From NCBI GenBank assembly GCA_040394995.1, contig JBEBRE010000004.1, forward strand, positions 825-64,824: 64,000 bases of DNA. The letters are read 5' to 3'. This DNA is from Sphingobacterium wenxiniae. GTDB taxonomy: Bacteria; Bacteroidota; Bacteroidia; Sphingobacteriales; Sphingobacteriaceae. Shown in pieces: positions 28,445 to 38,279 of the stretch (the first letter of the stretch is position 1; every line of letters begins with the position of its first letter). Both the position numbers and the translations under genes were made by a program. The notes below the pieces were generated by a model. It was not told the DNA's origin, ran no database searches, and saw nothing but the letters and a program-made list of their open reading frames with translations.

Positions 28445-29272
28445 ATGGCAGAACGCTTAATCAAAAGCAATAAGATACGAATCGGTGATATCAGCATTTC
28501 TTATCATATAAAGAAGGCACAAGACACCGCCAAAAGAACTGTTATTTTTCTTCACGGCTTTCCTTTCAATAAAAACATGTGGCGACAACAATTAGAATCG
28601 TTAGATGCGGAAACTTCGGGTATTGCTGTCGATATCAGGGGACATGGTAACAGTACCAGTGGCCATGGTTTCTTTTCCATCGATGTTTTTGCGAAAGACC
28701 TGAAAGTATTTATCGAAAAATTAGAGTTCAGCAACGTAGTATTGTGTGGCATTTCCATGGGAGGATACATAGCATTAAGGGCATACCAGCTCTTTCCTGA
28801 TAAAATTGCAGGCCTTATCCTGTGCGATACACATAGCAAAGCTGACACCGATCAGGGAAAACAAAAGCGATTTGACAGCATCCAAGCCATTTTAAATCAT
28901 GGGAGAAGACCATTTTCTATTGCTTTTGTTGAAAACGTTTTCGCGGCAAACAGCCTAGAAAACAAACCCGATGCCATCGAGCTCATTAAAAGCAGCATTC
29001 GCCGAAATAACATCAATACGATCTGCGCAACCTTACTCGCCTTGGCATCCCGAACCGACACCACCGACGTGCTCGAAAAAATACAAGTACCCGCGCTGCT
29101 GATCAGAGGAAAGGAGGACAAAATCACGGCACAGCAGGATATGCTTAACCTCCATCACGGGATTAAAGATTCTAAATTTATAGAAATGGAAAACTGCGGA
29201 CACCTGCCTAATTTAGAACACCCTGAAAAATTCAATCTGCTCATCAACGCGTTCTTAGCAGAAATACCTTAG
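28445..29272 (+). CDS. Alpha/beta-fold hydrolase
   Basis: HGFP, GISMGG nucleophile elbow, GHLPN. Confidence 0.92.
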   Translation: MAERLIKSNKIRIGDISISYHIKKAQDTAKRTVIFLHGFPFNKNMWRQQLESLDAETSGIAVDIRGHGNSTSGHGFFSIDVFAKDLKVFIEKLEFSNVVLCGISMGGYIALRAYQLFPDKIAGLILCDTHSKADTDQGKQKRFDSIQAILNHGRRPFSIAFVENVFAANSLENKPDAIELIKSSIRRNNINTICATLLALASRTDTTDVLEKIQVPALLIRGKEDKITAQQDMLNLHHGIKDSKFIEMENCGHLPNLEHPEKFNLLINAFLAEIP

Positions 29273-29296
29273 CATTGGGGGACTAAAAGAAAGGGG

Positions 29297-30094
29297 CTAT
29301 GACAATTCATGCGCTCTTTGGCCATTCATCACGTTTTCCGCCATGCCATAGCCTATTTCAATCAATTCCGAAGAACGGTGATAATCCCAGATTCCAGCAA
29401 TACTACGGGGAATATTGATTACATAATCGGGTTTGTATAATTCCAATGTCAACCTGCTTAATCGACGACGCATGGCGAAATAGGATTCCTGCAGGACAGA
29501 AAAAGAGGAAAGCGTACTCAGATCAGCACCGTTTTTCTCAAAAATGCCATCCAAATTCACCGTTACCACGAGATTGTTTCTTTTGCTGACATGATTAACC
29601 GGGACAGGGTTTAGTACGCCCCCATCTACTAAAAAACGGTCATCCATTTTTACAGCAGTAAATACGCCGGGAATCGCCATAGATGCACGAATAGCCGCAT
29701 ACACACTGCCGCTATCAAAGACAACCTCCTCCTCATGTTGCAGATCAGTTGCTACAGCCAGGTATTTCAGTGGCAATGCTTCAATATTCGTATCAGCAAA
29801 CACCTCATGCAACGTATTCAATACACGGTCGCCTTTCAGCAATCCATACCTGGGATTGGAAAAATCCATCAAGCGAAAGACCTGCGCCTTTGTCAATTTT
29901 TTCATCCAATCGCCAAGTGAATATATCTGTCCGCAGGCAAATGCACCACCAACCAAGGAACCAATAGAACATCCCACAATCTCGTCAATCTCAAACCCTT
30001 TCTCCTCCAGATACTGGATAACTCCTATTTGGGTAATGCCACGCGCACCTCCGCTTCCCAAAACCAATGATATCTTTTTATTTTGTATATCCAT
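29297..30094 (-). CDS. Patatin-like phospholipase (RssA-like)
   Basis: GSGGARG, GCSIG, DGG. Confidence 0.92.
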   Translation of the reverse strand: MDIQNKKISLVLGSGGARGITQIGVIQYLEEKGFEIDEIVGCSIGSLVGGAFACGQIYSLGDWMKKLTKAQVFRLMDFSNPRYGLLKGDRVLNTLHEVFADTNIEALPLKYLAVATDLQHEEEVVFDSGSVYAAIRASMAIPGVFTAVKMDDRFLVDGGVLNPVPVNHVSKRNNLVVTVNLDGIFEKNGADLSTLSSFSVLQESYFAMRRRLSRLTLELYKPDYVINIPRSIAGIWDYHRSSELIEIGYGMAENVMNGQRAHELS

Positions 30095-30150
30095 ATGTTC
30101 ACCCTTTGTAAAATCAACCGCCGTATCCGTTTTCAGTAGACATTAGATGG

Positions 30151-31605
30151 TTAGGATCTGACTGGGATATTTTTCAATATTTCCAATAGGAATTTCCAAA
30201 ACTTCTGCACAGATAAGATGGAAACACATTCTTGTGGCGAATGCGCTCCCAAAATAGTAGGGCCAAACGAAATCATATCCATATTGGGATAATGGCTACC
30301 CAAAATACCACATTCCAATCCTGCATGGCAGGCAACAACCTCCGGTTTTTCTTTAAACAGCTGCTCGTAGGTAGTAGTCAATACGGTCAATATCGCTGAA
30401 TTTGGGTTTGGTGTCCATCCCGGATAGTCACCAGAAAGTGTCACTGAAGCTCCCATCAGCTCGAAGGCCGCCTTTAACGCATTAGCCAAATCCATCTTGG
30501 ACGACTCCACCGAAGACCGGGTTAAGCATTTTACCACCACCTTGCCGTTTACAGCCTCTACCCGGGCAATGTTGTTGGATGTTTCGACTAGGTTGTCAAA
30601 ATCGGCACTCATACGATATACACCATTGTGCGCCGCATACAGACCTTTAACCACACGTTCCTGTACGTCCATAGGTAGTACAGTAGCAGGTATATCCGCG
30701 TCTTGCAACACAATTTCCAATCCTGCGTCCACCGTTCGGTATTCGCCTTTAATAGCAGTCGTTACTTCCTGGACAAGTTGCTCCAATTGATTTTTATCGG
30801 ATGTCACCAATATAGCAGCAGCTTCTCTTGGAATAGCGTTACGAAGCCCTCCACCGTCAATCGACGAAAGCCGCACCATGGCAGGAGACAAGGCATACAG
30901 CACCCTATTCAGTATCTTGTTTGCATTTCCCAAACCCTTATGAATTTCCATGCCCGAATGCCCCCCTTGCAGACCTTTTACAGTGAGGCGATAGCCCTCG
31001 CACCCGGTTGGAGTATTCTCTGGCTCGTAAGTTAGGTTTGCGGTTACATCAACACCTCCGGCACATCCTATATCAATCTCACTGTCCTGTTCGGTATCTA
31101 AATTGAGTAATATTTCTCCTGTCAACACACCTGGCTGCAAACCTTTGGCACCGGTCATTCCCGTTTCTTCGTCAATGGTAAACAAAGCTTCGATTGCGGG
31201 ATGTGGAACATTGGCAGAAGCAAGAATGCCCATGATGGCTGCTACACCAATACCATTGTCTGCACCTAATGTCGTGCCCTGAGCCTTCACCCAATCGCCT
31301 TCGATAAGCATTTGAATACCCTGAGTATCAAAATCAAATTCAGTCTCGTTATTTTTTTGGTGAACCATATCCAAATGCGACTGCAAAACCACTGTTTTCC
31401 GGTTTTCCATTCCCGGTGTTGCCGGCTTGCGGATAATGACATTACCGACAACATCCTCTTCCGTCTGCAAACCCAACTTATTTCCAAAATCCAAAACAAA
31501 CTGTATGACCTTATCCTCTCTCTTGGATGCTCTGGGAACAGCATTTAAGGCTTCAAAATTTTGCCATATGGCTTTGGGTTCTAAAGAATCTAATGTAAAA
31601 TGCAT
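30151..31605 (-). CDS. pepD: Aminoacyl-histidine dipeptidase
   Basis: QSHLDMV, TTLGADNG, DEETG, GGHSG, HAGLECG, GAHSP. Confidence 0.95.
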   Translation of the reverse strand: MHFTLDSLEPKAIWQNFEALNAVPRASKREDKVIQFVLDFGNKLGLQTEEDVVGNVIIRKPATPGMENRKTVVLQSHLDMVHQKNNETEFDFDTQGIQMLIEGDWVKAQGTTLGADNGIGVAAIMGILASANVPHPAIEALFTIDEETGMTGAKGLQPGVLTGEILLNLDTEQDSEIDIGCAGGVDVTANLTYEPENTPTGCEGYRLTVKGLQGGHSGMEIHKGLGNANKILNRVLYALSPAMVRLSSIDGGGLRNAIPREAAAILVTSDKNQLEQLVQEVTTAIKGEYRTVDAGLEIVLQDADIPATVLPMDVQERVVKGLYAAHNGVYRMSADFDNLVETSNNIARVEAVNGKVVVKCLTRSSVESSKMDLANALKAAFELMGASVTLSGDYPGWTPNPNSAILTVLTTTYEQLFKEKPEVVACHAGLECGILGSHYPNMDMISFGPTILGAHSPQECVSILSVQKFWKFLLEILKNIPVRS

Positions 31606-31712
31606 GCACTATTGGATTTTATATACCAAATGTAAGCATTCTTTTAGATATCGTTATTATAAAGGTGAATAGCAAGTTTTCGAATAGCTAGTCTGCGCAC
31701 AACACGTGTCTA

Positions 31713-32792
31713 TCAAAAAAGTTTCAGTTGCGGGTTGTTCAATTTCTCTAAATCCTGCTCATAGAAATTGGACATGGTCACACCTAATAATCTTACTTTT
31801 TTGGATTCAAGGCTTACTTTATCAAACAGATCCTTGGCCCGGTGCCATATATCATCAAAGGTTGCGATATAAAAATGTGATGTTGAGCTTCGGGTAATTT
31901 GTGTAAAATCGGAGAACTTGATCTTTAGCGTAATGGTGCGCCCTTGTTTGTTTTTGATTGAAAGCCGCTTTTCCAATTTTTCACATAGCGTCCGGAGCTC
32001 TAACAACATATCGGCAGGATCGTTCAGATCCGTTTCAAAGGTATCTTCTATACTGATCGACTTCGTTATACGGTTAGGCTTTACAGGACGGTTGTCCTCG
32101 CCTCTCACCATATGGTAAAAGAATTTGCCGGATTTGCCAAATCGTTGCATCAATTCCACCTCTGAAAACCGTTTTAAATCTGCTCCTGTATGTATGCCCA
32201 TACCTTTCATTTTTTGGGCGGTCACCTTCCCCACACCAAAAAATTTTTCAATGGACAATTGCTCCAAAAATCGGATAATCTTTGAAGGTCCGATAAAAGT
32301 GAGCCCATCCGGTTTTTGGTAATCGGATGCTATTTTCGCAATAAATTTGTTGACGGATACGCCAGCTGAAGCGGTCAATTGCAACTCCTCCCGGATAGCC
32401 TGTTTGATAGCTTTGGCGATTTCAATGGCCGAACCTATTTCCTGCTTGTCATCTGTGACGTCCAGGTATGCTTCGTCTAACGACAACGGTTCTATTAAAT
32501 CCGTATAACGCCGGAATATTCCCCGGATATGGTCCGACACTTGTTTATAGACATCAAATCTTGGCCGGGTAAAGATAAGGTGCGGACAAAGCTGTAGCGC
32601 TTGGCGCGAAGGCATCGCCGAGCGAACACCGAACTTTCTTGCCTCATAGCTAGCTGTAGCGACGACACCCCTACCATCCGGGGATCCACCTACGGCCAAA
32701 GCTTTTCCACGTAAGGAAGGAAAATCCCGCTGTTCTATAGACGCATAAAAAGCATCCATATCGATATGTATAATCTTTCGCCTAACCTCCAT
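31713..32792 (-). CDS. dinB: DNA polymerase IV
   Basis: HIDMDAFYAS, SYEARKFG, SLDEAYLD, KIASD..KP. Confidence 0.96.
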   Translation of the reverse strand: MEVRRKIIHIDMDAFYASIEQRDFPSLRGKALAVGGSPDGRGVVATASYEARKFGVRSAMPSRQALQLCPHLIFTRPRFDVYKQVSDHIRGIFRRYTDLIEPLSLDEAYLDVTDDKQEIGSAIEIAKAIKQAIREELQLTASAGVSVNKFIAKIASDYQKPDGLTFIGPSKIIRFLEQLSIEKFFGVGKVTAQKMKGMGIHTGADLKRFSEVELMQRFGKSGKFFYHMVRGEDNRPVKPNRITKSISIEDTFETDLNDPADMLLELRTLCEKLEKRLSIKNKQGRTITLKIKFSDFTQITRSSTSHFYIATFDDIWHRAKDLFDKVSLESKKVRLLGVTMSNFYEQDLEKLNNPQLKLF

Positions 32793-33375
32793 TTTCGTCT
32801 TTCCGATAAACAAAATATCCGGCTTCTGAGGGATGATCCTGTACCAACACGTCCTTATCTTCTTTCAGAATCATACGGATAATCATAAAATCACCCGCTG
32901 CCGCCACCGTAAAGAATACGCCAAACAACAACCAACCCAAACTACCATTGAACCAAGAAAACACGCCGGGCAACAATCCCAAGATCATAAAAGGCATAAT
33001 GGCACCAATGGCATAAGCGCGCACGCTGAGAGGTTCCTGACAATGGCAATAAGGCGTCATGTATTGCCACAATACTCCAAATTTAATAGATTTCCATCCT
33101 CTTTTGGCATAAAATGCCCAGGTCATTCCATGGATCAGTTCATGCAAGACAATACCCGCCACAACCGCTAGGATAATCACTCCCATTGACAAGTAAGCAT
33201 ATAAATCAAATGCAAAAAAATCTTTCAGCTTTTGCCACGAAAATTCATCTCGCCAGATGATATAATAAGGCAAGCCATACAATGCAATCACCGGGAAATA
33301 GAGCAGACATCCCAAATAGTTTGCCTTTGCCAAATCTACCGTACGCTGTTCCTTGTGGTATAGTGGTTCTTCCAT
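32782..33375 (-). CDS. Membrane zincin-like metallopeptidase (DUF3267-like)
   Basis: HELIH in a TM context, TPYCHC, AAGD, DHPS. Confidence 0.82.
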   Translation of the reverse strand: MEEPLYHKEQRTVDLAKANYLGCLLYFPVIALYGLPYYIIWRDEFSWQKLKDFFAFDLYAYLSMGVIILAVVAGIVLHELIHGMTWAFYAKRGWKSIKFGVLWQYMTPYCHCQEPLSVRAYAIGAIMPFMILGLLPGVFSWFNGSLGWLLFGVFFTVAAAGDFMIIRMILKEDKDVLVQDHPSEAGYFVYRKDENGG

Positions 33376-33495
33376 ATTGACCTAAAAATAGGCAAAATTC
33401 ATAATACCGCCAACTTGGCCACGCAACAAAGCCCTGCGAAGCAAAACTCCGAAGGGTTCAGAAGATAATATGTTTCGATCGCTTTATTCCGCCTG

Positions 33496-35691
33496 CTATT
33501 CCACCGGCTTCAGCACCAAAATAACCGCATCCTTGGGCGCTAATGTATAAACGTATACATCATTGTCTGCATAGATATGGCCTACGGTTTTCCCTGAAAG
33601 AAAATCCTCAACACGATATTGACCTTCCATCCATCTAATCTGTTGTTTATCAAATCTGGCTTCAAATGGTTTTTCCTCATCGAAATTAAAAGCAGAAAGC
33701 AGTATCTCCTCCCCCGGAAGATAAAAGGACAGTTGCTGATCCATTGTTTCACCTACCGAGAGCTTCAATGGGATAAAGGCTTTGGGGTTCTTAAAGTAGG
33801 AAACAATAGCGGGACGATCGAGATACTTTCTGGCCCGTTCCACAACAAGTTTATCCCTGTAGTCTGAACCATCCCCCAAAATGCTGCCCATCGTCATTAA
33901 GGAAATCAATCTCGTTTTAACCTCCTCTTCCGTCAGGTCCGGGTGTTTTTGAAACTTCCGCATTACCAGTACATCCATATTGGTATAGGGCCACAACGTA
34001 CCTTGCACCCATCCCATGTGGGAAGCTGTGATCATGGATGCCGAGGTACTACCGTAATGTGGAAATCCGGGCTGGCTATCCCGCAGATGGGAATGCACAT
34101 CGGTAGAAACGAAACGCGCGTGTGCGTATTGATGGGGAAACATGGGGGATATTGCCAAGGTGATAAAAATATCCGGTCCCATGATCGAGTCCACCAAATG
34201 TTTAAACAGTTTCATCCCATAGTTGTAGGCCTGCATGCCACTACGCACGTTGGGATCATGCCATTTAACCGCTTCCAACGATCCAGCTGTTACAAAATCC
34301 ACCTTGATGAGCTTAGCACCTATAGCATGTGCTTTTTCGATTTGATTTATCATGGAAACCCGGGTTGCCGGATGGGTAGGATCTAACGGATAAGCGCCCC
34401 ACTCTCCATCTTTAAAAGGAATAGGCCTATTCCTGTCATCCCGTAGGATAACTTCCCGAAGTGGAACCTGGGTGCCGGATAACACGGCGTTATCGATATT
34501 ATTGCTCCAAGTCCAAAGAGAAAATGGACTGCAATAAAAACCGATTTCTTGTCCTCTCTGGCGTGCGTAATCACCAATCTCTTTTAACACCTTTGTCGTA
34601 TAGATCCCTTGATCGTAGGAATCAATGCTCAACACCGGGCGACCGAAGCGGTTTAGGTTTTTCATCCCTGCTATAAAATCGATCGTCCCATACACACCTT
34701 TCGGCATCATGATCCCTTCATGTCCCAATACACCTTCTACCCCAAAACTATTCCAATAAACCGGCGCGGGACCTTCCCAAGATAAGCTTCCGGCTAAATG
34801 GGCTTGCATCTGACCAAAGTTTTTACTGGAGATGCGAAAATCTGCAGCAGCTTCCAGAAAAATCAACGGTGAGCGCAACACCTGCCCAATCATACTACCA
34901 TGGGGCATCACATCATGCGTTCCATCCAATCCGCCGTAGTTGGGTGGCAATTTGGGGTTATCCGGTCTCGCCGCACCACCGAAAACAACAAACGACTCCA
35001 AAGATCCTTTGTTTCTGCCGGAATGGTAACGGATACCCGTTTTCCAAAAATCATGCTCCAGACTACCCAACACAATACCTTGGTAGGATTGACTATCATA
35101 TATAAAAGTGAGTTCATGGCTCACGCCATCCAACGGTCCGCCATTCGCTTCCGGCCAAGGCTGTGCCAGCAATTTTGTCCAATTATCGTTGTCGAAAGGA
35201 AGGTCGACCAATATAGGGTGTGCCCAAGGAATTTCCACCTGTCCGTTAGACGCTTCAAGTACAGCAAGCGGACTAATATGACGGGTTTCCAGCACCGTGC
35301 CGTCATTCTTACGGGCCTCTACACGAAGCAAAAGACAAGGCTTGTCCTGATATACCGTCAAAGATTGCATCAACACAAAACCTTCTTGGTCTTCATGTGT
35401 AAACTGAAAAAGCTTGCCCTCACCCAAACTGTCTTTTATCGGCGTTTCCTGAAAACGGTGACGGTCAAACTGTGATGACACTTTGATGCCATGCTGGACA
35501 AGGTCGACATAGGCTACGGTATTCTTCAAGAAAACACCGTTGTTAAATGTATAATCAATGGTCCCATTCTTCAGATCGAACGACAGTTTTCCAGATGCAA
35601 TATCCACAAACTTTATCTGCGAGGGATGATGACCGAACAATAGCGGACTATAAAATAAAAAGGTAAAATAAAACAGTAGATGTCGAATCAT
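33496..35691 (-). CDS. Secreted clan GH-D (GH27/GH36-like) glycoside hydrolase
   Basis: YWNSF, SIDSY, LDPTHP, IKVDF (nucleophile-like), RFVSTD (acid/base-like); signal peptide from ATG 35691. Confidence 0.7.
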   Translation of the reverse strand: MIRHLLFYFTFLFYSPLLFGHHPSQIKFVDIASGKLSFDLKNGTIDYTFNNGVFLKNTVAYVDLVQHGIKVSSQFDRHRFQETPIKDSLGEGKLFQFTHEDQEGFVLMQSLTVYQDKPCLLLRVEARKNDGTVLETRHISPLAVLEASNGQVEIPWAHPILVDLPFDNDNWTKLLAQPWPEANGGPLDGVSHELTFIYDSQSYQGIVLGSLEHDFWKTGIRYHSGRNKGSLESFVVFGGAARPDNPKLPPNYGGLDGTHDVMPHGSMIGQVLRSPLIFLEAAADFRISSKNFGQMQAHLAGSLSWEGPAPVYWNSFGVEGVLGHEGIMMPKGVYGTIDFIAGMKNLNRFGRPVLSIDSYDQGIYTTKVLKEIGDYARQRGQEIGFYCSPFSLWTWSNNIDNAVLSGTQVPLREVILRDDRNRPIPFKDGEWGAYPLDPTHPATRVSMINQIEKAHAIGAKLIKVDFVTAGSLEAVKWHDPNVRSGMQAYNYGMKLFKHLVDSIMGPDIFITLAISPMFPHQYAHARFVSTDVHSHLRDSQPGFPHYGSTSASMITASHMGWVQGTLWPYTNMDVLVMRKFQKHPDLTEEEVKTRLISLMTMGSILGDGSDYRDKLVVERARKYLDRPAIVSYFKNPKAFIPLKLSVGETMDQQLSFYLPGEEILLSAFNFDEEKPFEARFDKQQIRWMEGQYRVEDFLSGKTVGHIYADNDVYVYTLAPKDAVILVLKPVE

Positions 35692-35767
35692 ACAAAAGGC
35701 AAATATATAACAAGTCGCTTTCGATCTAATCAAAAGGGACTTGTTAGATGTTGTATCAAGATAAAAT

Positions 35768-36985
35768 TTACTCCCCAAGTCGATATACGGACAGCTGGGA
35801 GAGATGAAAGTAATTGACGCCCGGATTCCAGACTTCGAGGATACGGAAGCGCAAATAACGGAAAGGTGTCGTAGGTTCAGCGAATTCATACAGTTCTCCC
35901 GCTGCAGCTACAGCATTGTCTGCCTCCGAATTTTGTCCTCGGGGCAATCCTGACGGCTTGATATTTGTAAACTCGCCCAATTTTGTCCAGGAATCCCAAT
36001 TGCCATCTGAAGCAGGATTATTGCTGCCCCACACCTCAAATCGCTTTGGATTAGCCACATCGTATCGTGCATTATACCGTTGCCATAACCGTACACCAGT
36101 CAATGAGGCTTCTACACCTATGTCCAGCGAGAAAGAAATCGGCAGCCCTACACCACCTGTATGAAAACCCTGATCGCTGGTCGTATTGCCATTCCAGAGG
36201 TTGGGCAGTATCCAACCATATTCATCACGCGCATCGTTTGGTAAATACAAAGGTTGAAACAGCGATTTATCTGCTTGTACAATGTATATGATGGTTGGAA
36301 AAGCCTCCCAAGAAAGCGTATACAAGGTATCTGCCGCATTGGGTTCGGGTACATAACCGGACCGGTATTGTATATCTGTCCCAAATTTGTAATCCACTAA
36401 GGTAATTTCATTGTCCTTCGGCAATAGGACGATTGTTTTTTCCACCTCATCCTTATTGGTGTACTTTATCTCAGTTCCCGTATTCAGGGTATCCGGAGCA
36501 TTAAAACGCAACTTTACAGCACCATCGCCATCAATTTCATAAGGCTGTGAGGCATTAAATGCTCTATTTTGCAAGACAGCCTGATAGGTCGGTCCATACA
36601 CCCGCACATTGTTCAATTCCTGTCCTACCGATGCATTGCCTTCATTGTCGTAGGCGATGATGGTAAAACTATACACGTATTCTTCCAAATCGGGAATGGA
36701 AACAACTATGCTATCTGCGGGACTGTGCGTGGTCGCTTCCACACGTTGAGAATTGTTACGGTTATTCCAATAGACCATGTAGTAATCAATATTGGGGTCC
36801 GGGCTTGGATTCCAAACCAGCACAGCCCGTAAGTAACCCGCTTGTGATCGGACGTCTCTGGCCAACCCCGGATATATGATTTCCTGATTGTCTACGTATT
36901 TCTTGTAATCATCTGCATATTTTTCACAACCTACCCAAATGGTCGATAGGCCAAAAGCAATGATAATATATAACAAATTTTTCAT
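35768..36985 (-). CDS. PUL surface lipoprotein (DUF4998/DUF5000-like, discoidin-type C-terminal domain)
   Basis: Lipobox VGC; PKRFEVWGS, KPSGLP, RYLRF; downstream of susD. Confidence 0.8.
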   Translation of the reverse strand: MKNLLYIIIAFGLSTIWVGCEKYADDYKKYVDNQEIIYPGLARDVRSQAGYLRAVLVWNPSPDPNIDYYMVYWNNRNNSQRVEATTHSPADSIVVSIPDLEEYVYSFTIIAYDNEGNASVGQELNNVRVYGPTYQAVLQNRAFNASQPYEIDGDGAVKLRFNAPDTLNTGTEIKYTNKDEVEKTIVLLPKDNEITLVDYKFGTDIQYRSGYVPEPNAADTLYTLSWEAFPTIIYIVQADKSLFQPLYLPNDARDEYGWILPNLWNGNTTSDQGFHTGGVGLPISFSLDIGVEASLTGVRLWQRYNARYDVANPKRFEVWGSNNPASDGNWDSWTKLGEFTNIKPSGLPRGQNSEADNAVAAAGELYEFAEPTTPFRYLRFRILEVWNPGVNYFHLSQLSVYRLGE

Positions 36986-37009
36986 GTTCGTCTAATTAAA
37001 AGAGGTTCT

Positions 37010-38251
37010 TCATTGTTCAGGACTACCATAAAAGGTGATCTCCATCGCATTGACATAGTTGAGACCTCCCCAAGTCTCTGTGCAAACAAAACGGATATAC
37101 TTCACCGGAGGTGCCGCGCTTGGCATGCTGAAATCAATACCAGCAGCAGCAAATGCATTATCGGCGGCGTTTGCTTGCGTAGGAGGCAAACCCGATGGTG
37201 GATTAGGATGGGTAAAGTTCCCCATGTTAACCCAGTCTCCAACCATCGTTCCAGGTTCCGATGTCTTCGGCAAATTAGCATCTTCTGGGTTATCAACGTT
37301 AGACCCCCAAATGGTTATTTTCTTTGCATTCTGATAACTGTACATATTATCTTGTATTCGAGGATAAAACACAAAGCGACTAATCTTAGCCGTTTGTCCC
37401 AATCCAAATGTGCCAACTGTCAACGGAGCAGTTGTGGTGTGCCATCCATTACCGGTCAGGCTGCCGTCAAAGAAATACCGCAACTCCCACCCATAACCAA
37501 TTGGCGCGTCACTTGGTAACCGATAGACGAAAAACTTACTTTTATCCAACTCTGTCTCATATAAAGGCACGAGTTTTACATAACGTGTTTCCGATACGTT
37601 CCCAAAACGATCAGATGTGTACACCCCAAACTCCCGTTCCACGGGTTCAAATCCTCGAATGGAAACATTCACTACTTTACCCGAAACATATTCCGGGTCT
37701 TTTTCATCGAATTGTCCCGTTTGCTCGTTATACGCCAACAAGTGTATCGATATGGGAGCTCCTGTGGGGTTGAGCCCATAAAAATTAGCACCACCAAAAT
37801 CTGGCGAAATCTCCAATCCTTCGTTGACCAAGATATAATTAGGTGTTTTGGGCTGTACTTTGACAACTACTGGATCAGACAGCACATTTGCACGGCTTAC
37901 GGCATATAGTGATACTTCATATTCTCCTTCGCGTGCAAAACCTTCGACCAAAATAGTATCTTGGTAATAACTGGTTTTCGATTCGCGAACCTTATCGTCG
38001 TTGATTGAATACCGCGCCAACACATATAGCAAGTTTTTAGAATCGGGCAGTTTATACGTTATCTTGGCTGCACCATTTAGGTTTTCTACATGTACATTGG
38101 TCACCACACCCGGCTTTGTCATATCATTGGAAATGACTTCCACCGGCGATTCGCTCTCCTCGCATGCCGACAGCAGTAGCGTGACGAGCAAAACAACTGG
38201 CTTACAGTAGGCCAGCAAACTCTTTTTTTTATGATCTATTTTTTCCATCAC
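37010..38251 (-). CDS. PUL surface lipoprotein (DUF4959/DUF5126/DUF5000-like)
   Basis: Lipobox LSAC; ENLNGAAKITY.LP, IWGS, PPSG, KYIRF. Confidence 0.8.
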   Translation of the reverse strand: MMEKIDHKKKSLLAYCKPVVLLVTLLLSACEESESPVEVISNDMTKPGVVTNVHVENLNGAAKITYKLPDSKNLLYVLARYSINDDKVRESKTSYYQDTILVEGFAREGEYEVSLYAVSRANVLSDPVVVKVQPKTPNYILVNEGLEISPDFGGANFYGLNPTGAPISIHLLAYNEQTGQFDEKDPEYVSGKVVNVSIRGFEPVEREFGVYTSDRFGNVSETRYVKLVPLYETELDKSKFFVYRLPSDAPIGYGWELRYFFDGSLTGNGWHTTTAPLTVGTFGLGQTAKISRFVFYPRIQDNMYSYQNAKKITIWGSNVDNPEDANLPKTSEPGTMVGDWVNMGNFTHPNPPSGLPPTQANAADNAFAAAGIDFSMPSAAPPVKYIRFVCTETWGGLNYVNAMEITFYGSPEQ

Positions 38252-38279
38252 GTTGTATATTATACGTTACATCCTATTT

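Noticed and set aside
34900-35475. Long alternative-frame ORFs (also 14008-14646, 44287-44889, 54307-54879)
   Set aside because: Nested in or antisense to well-supported genes; no motifs
35692-35889. N-terminal extension of the 797-aa ORF
   Set aside because: Overlaps the upstream lipoprotein; signal peptide and promoter point to ATG 35691
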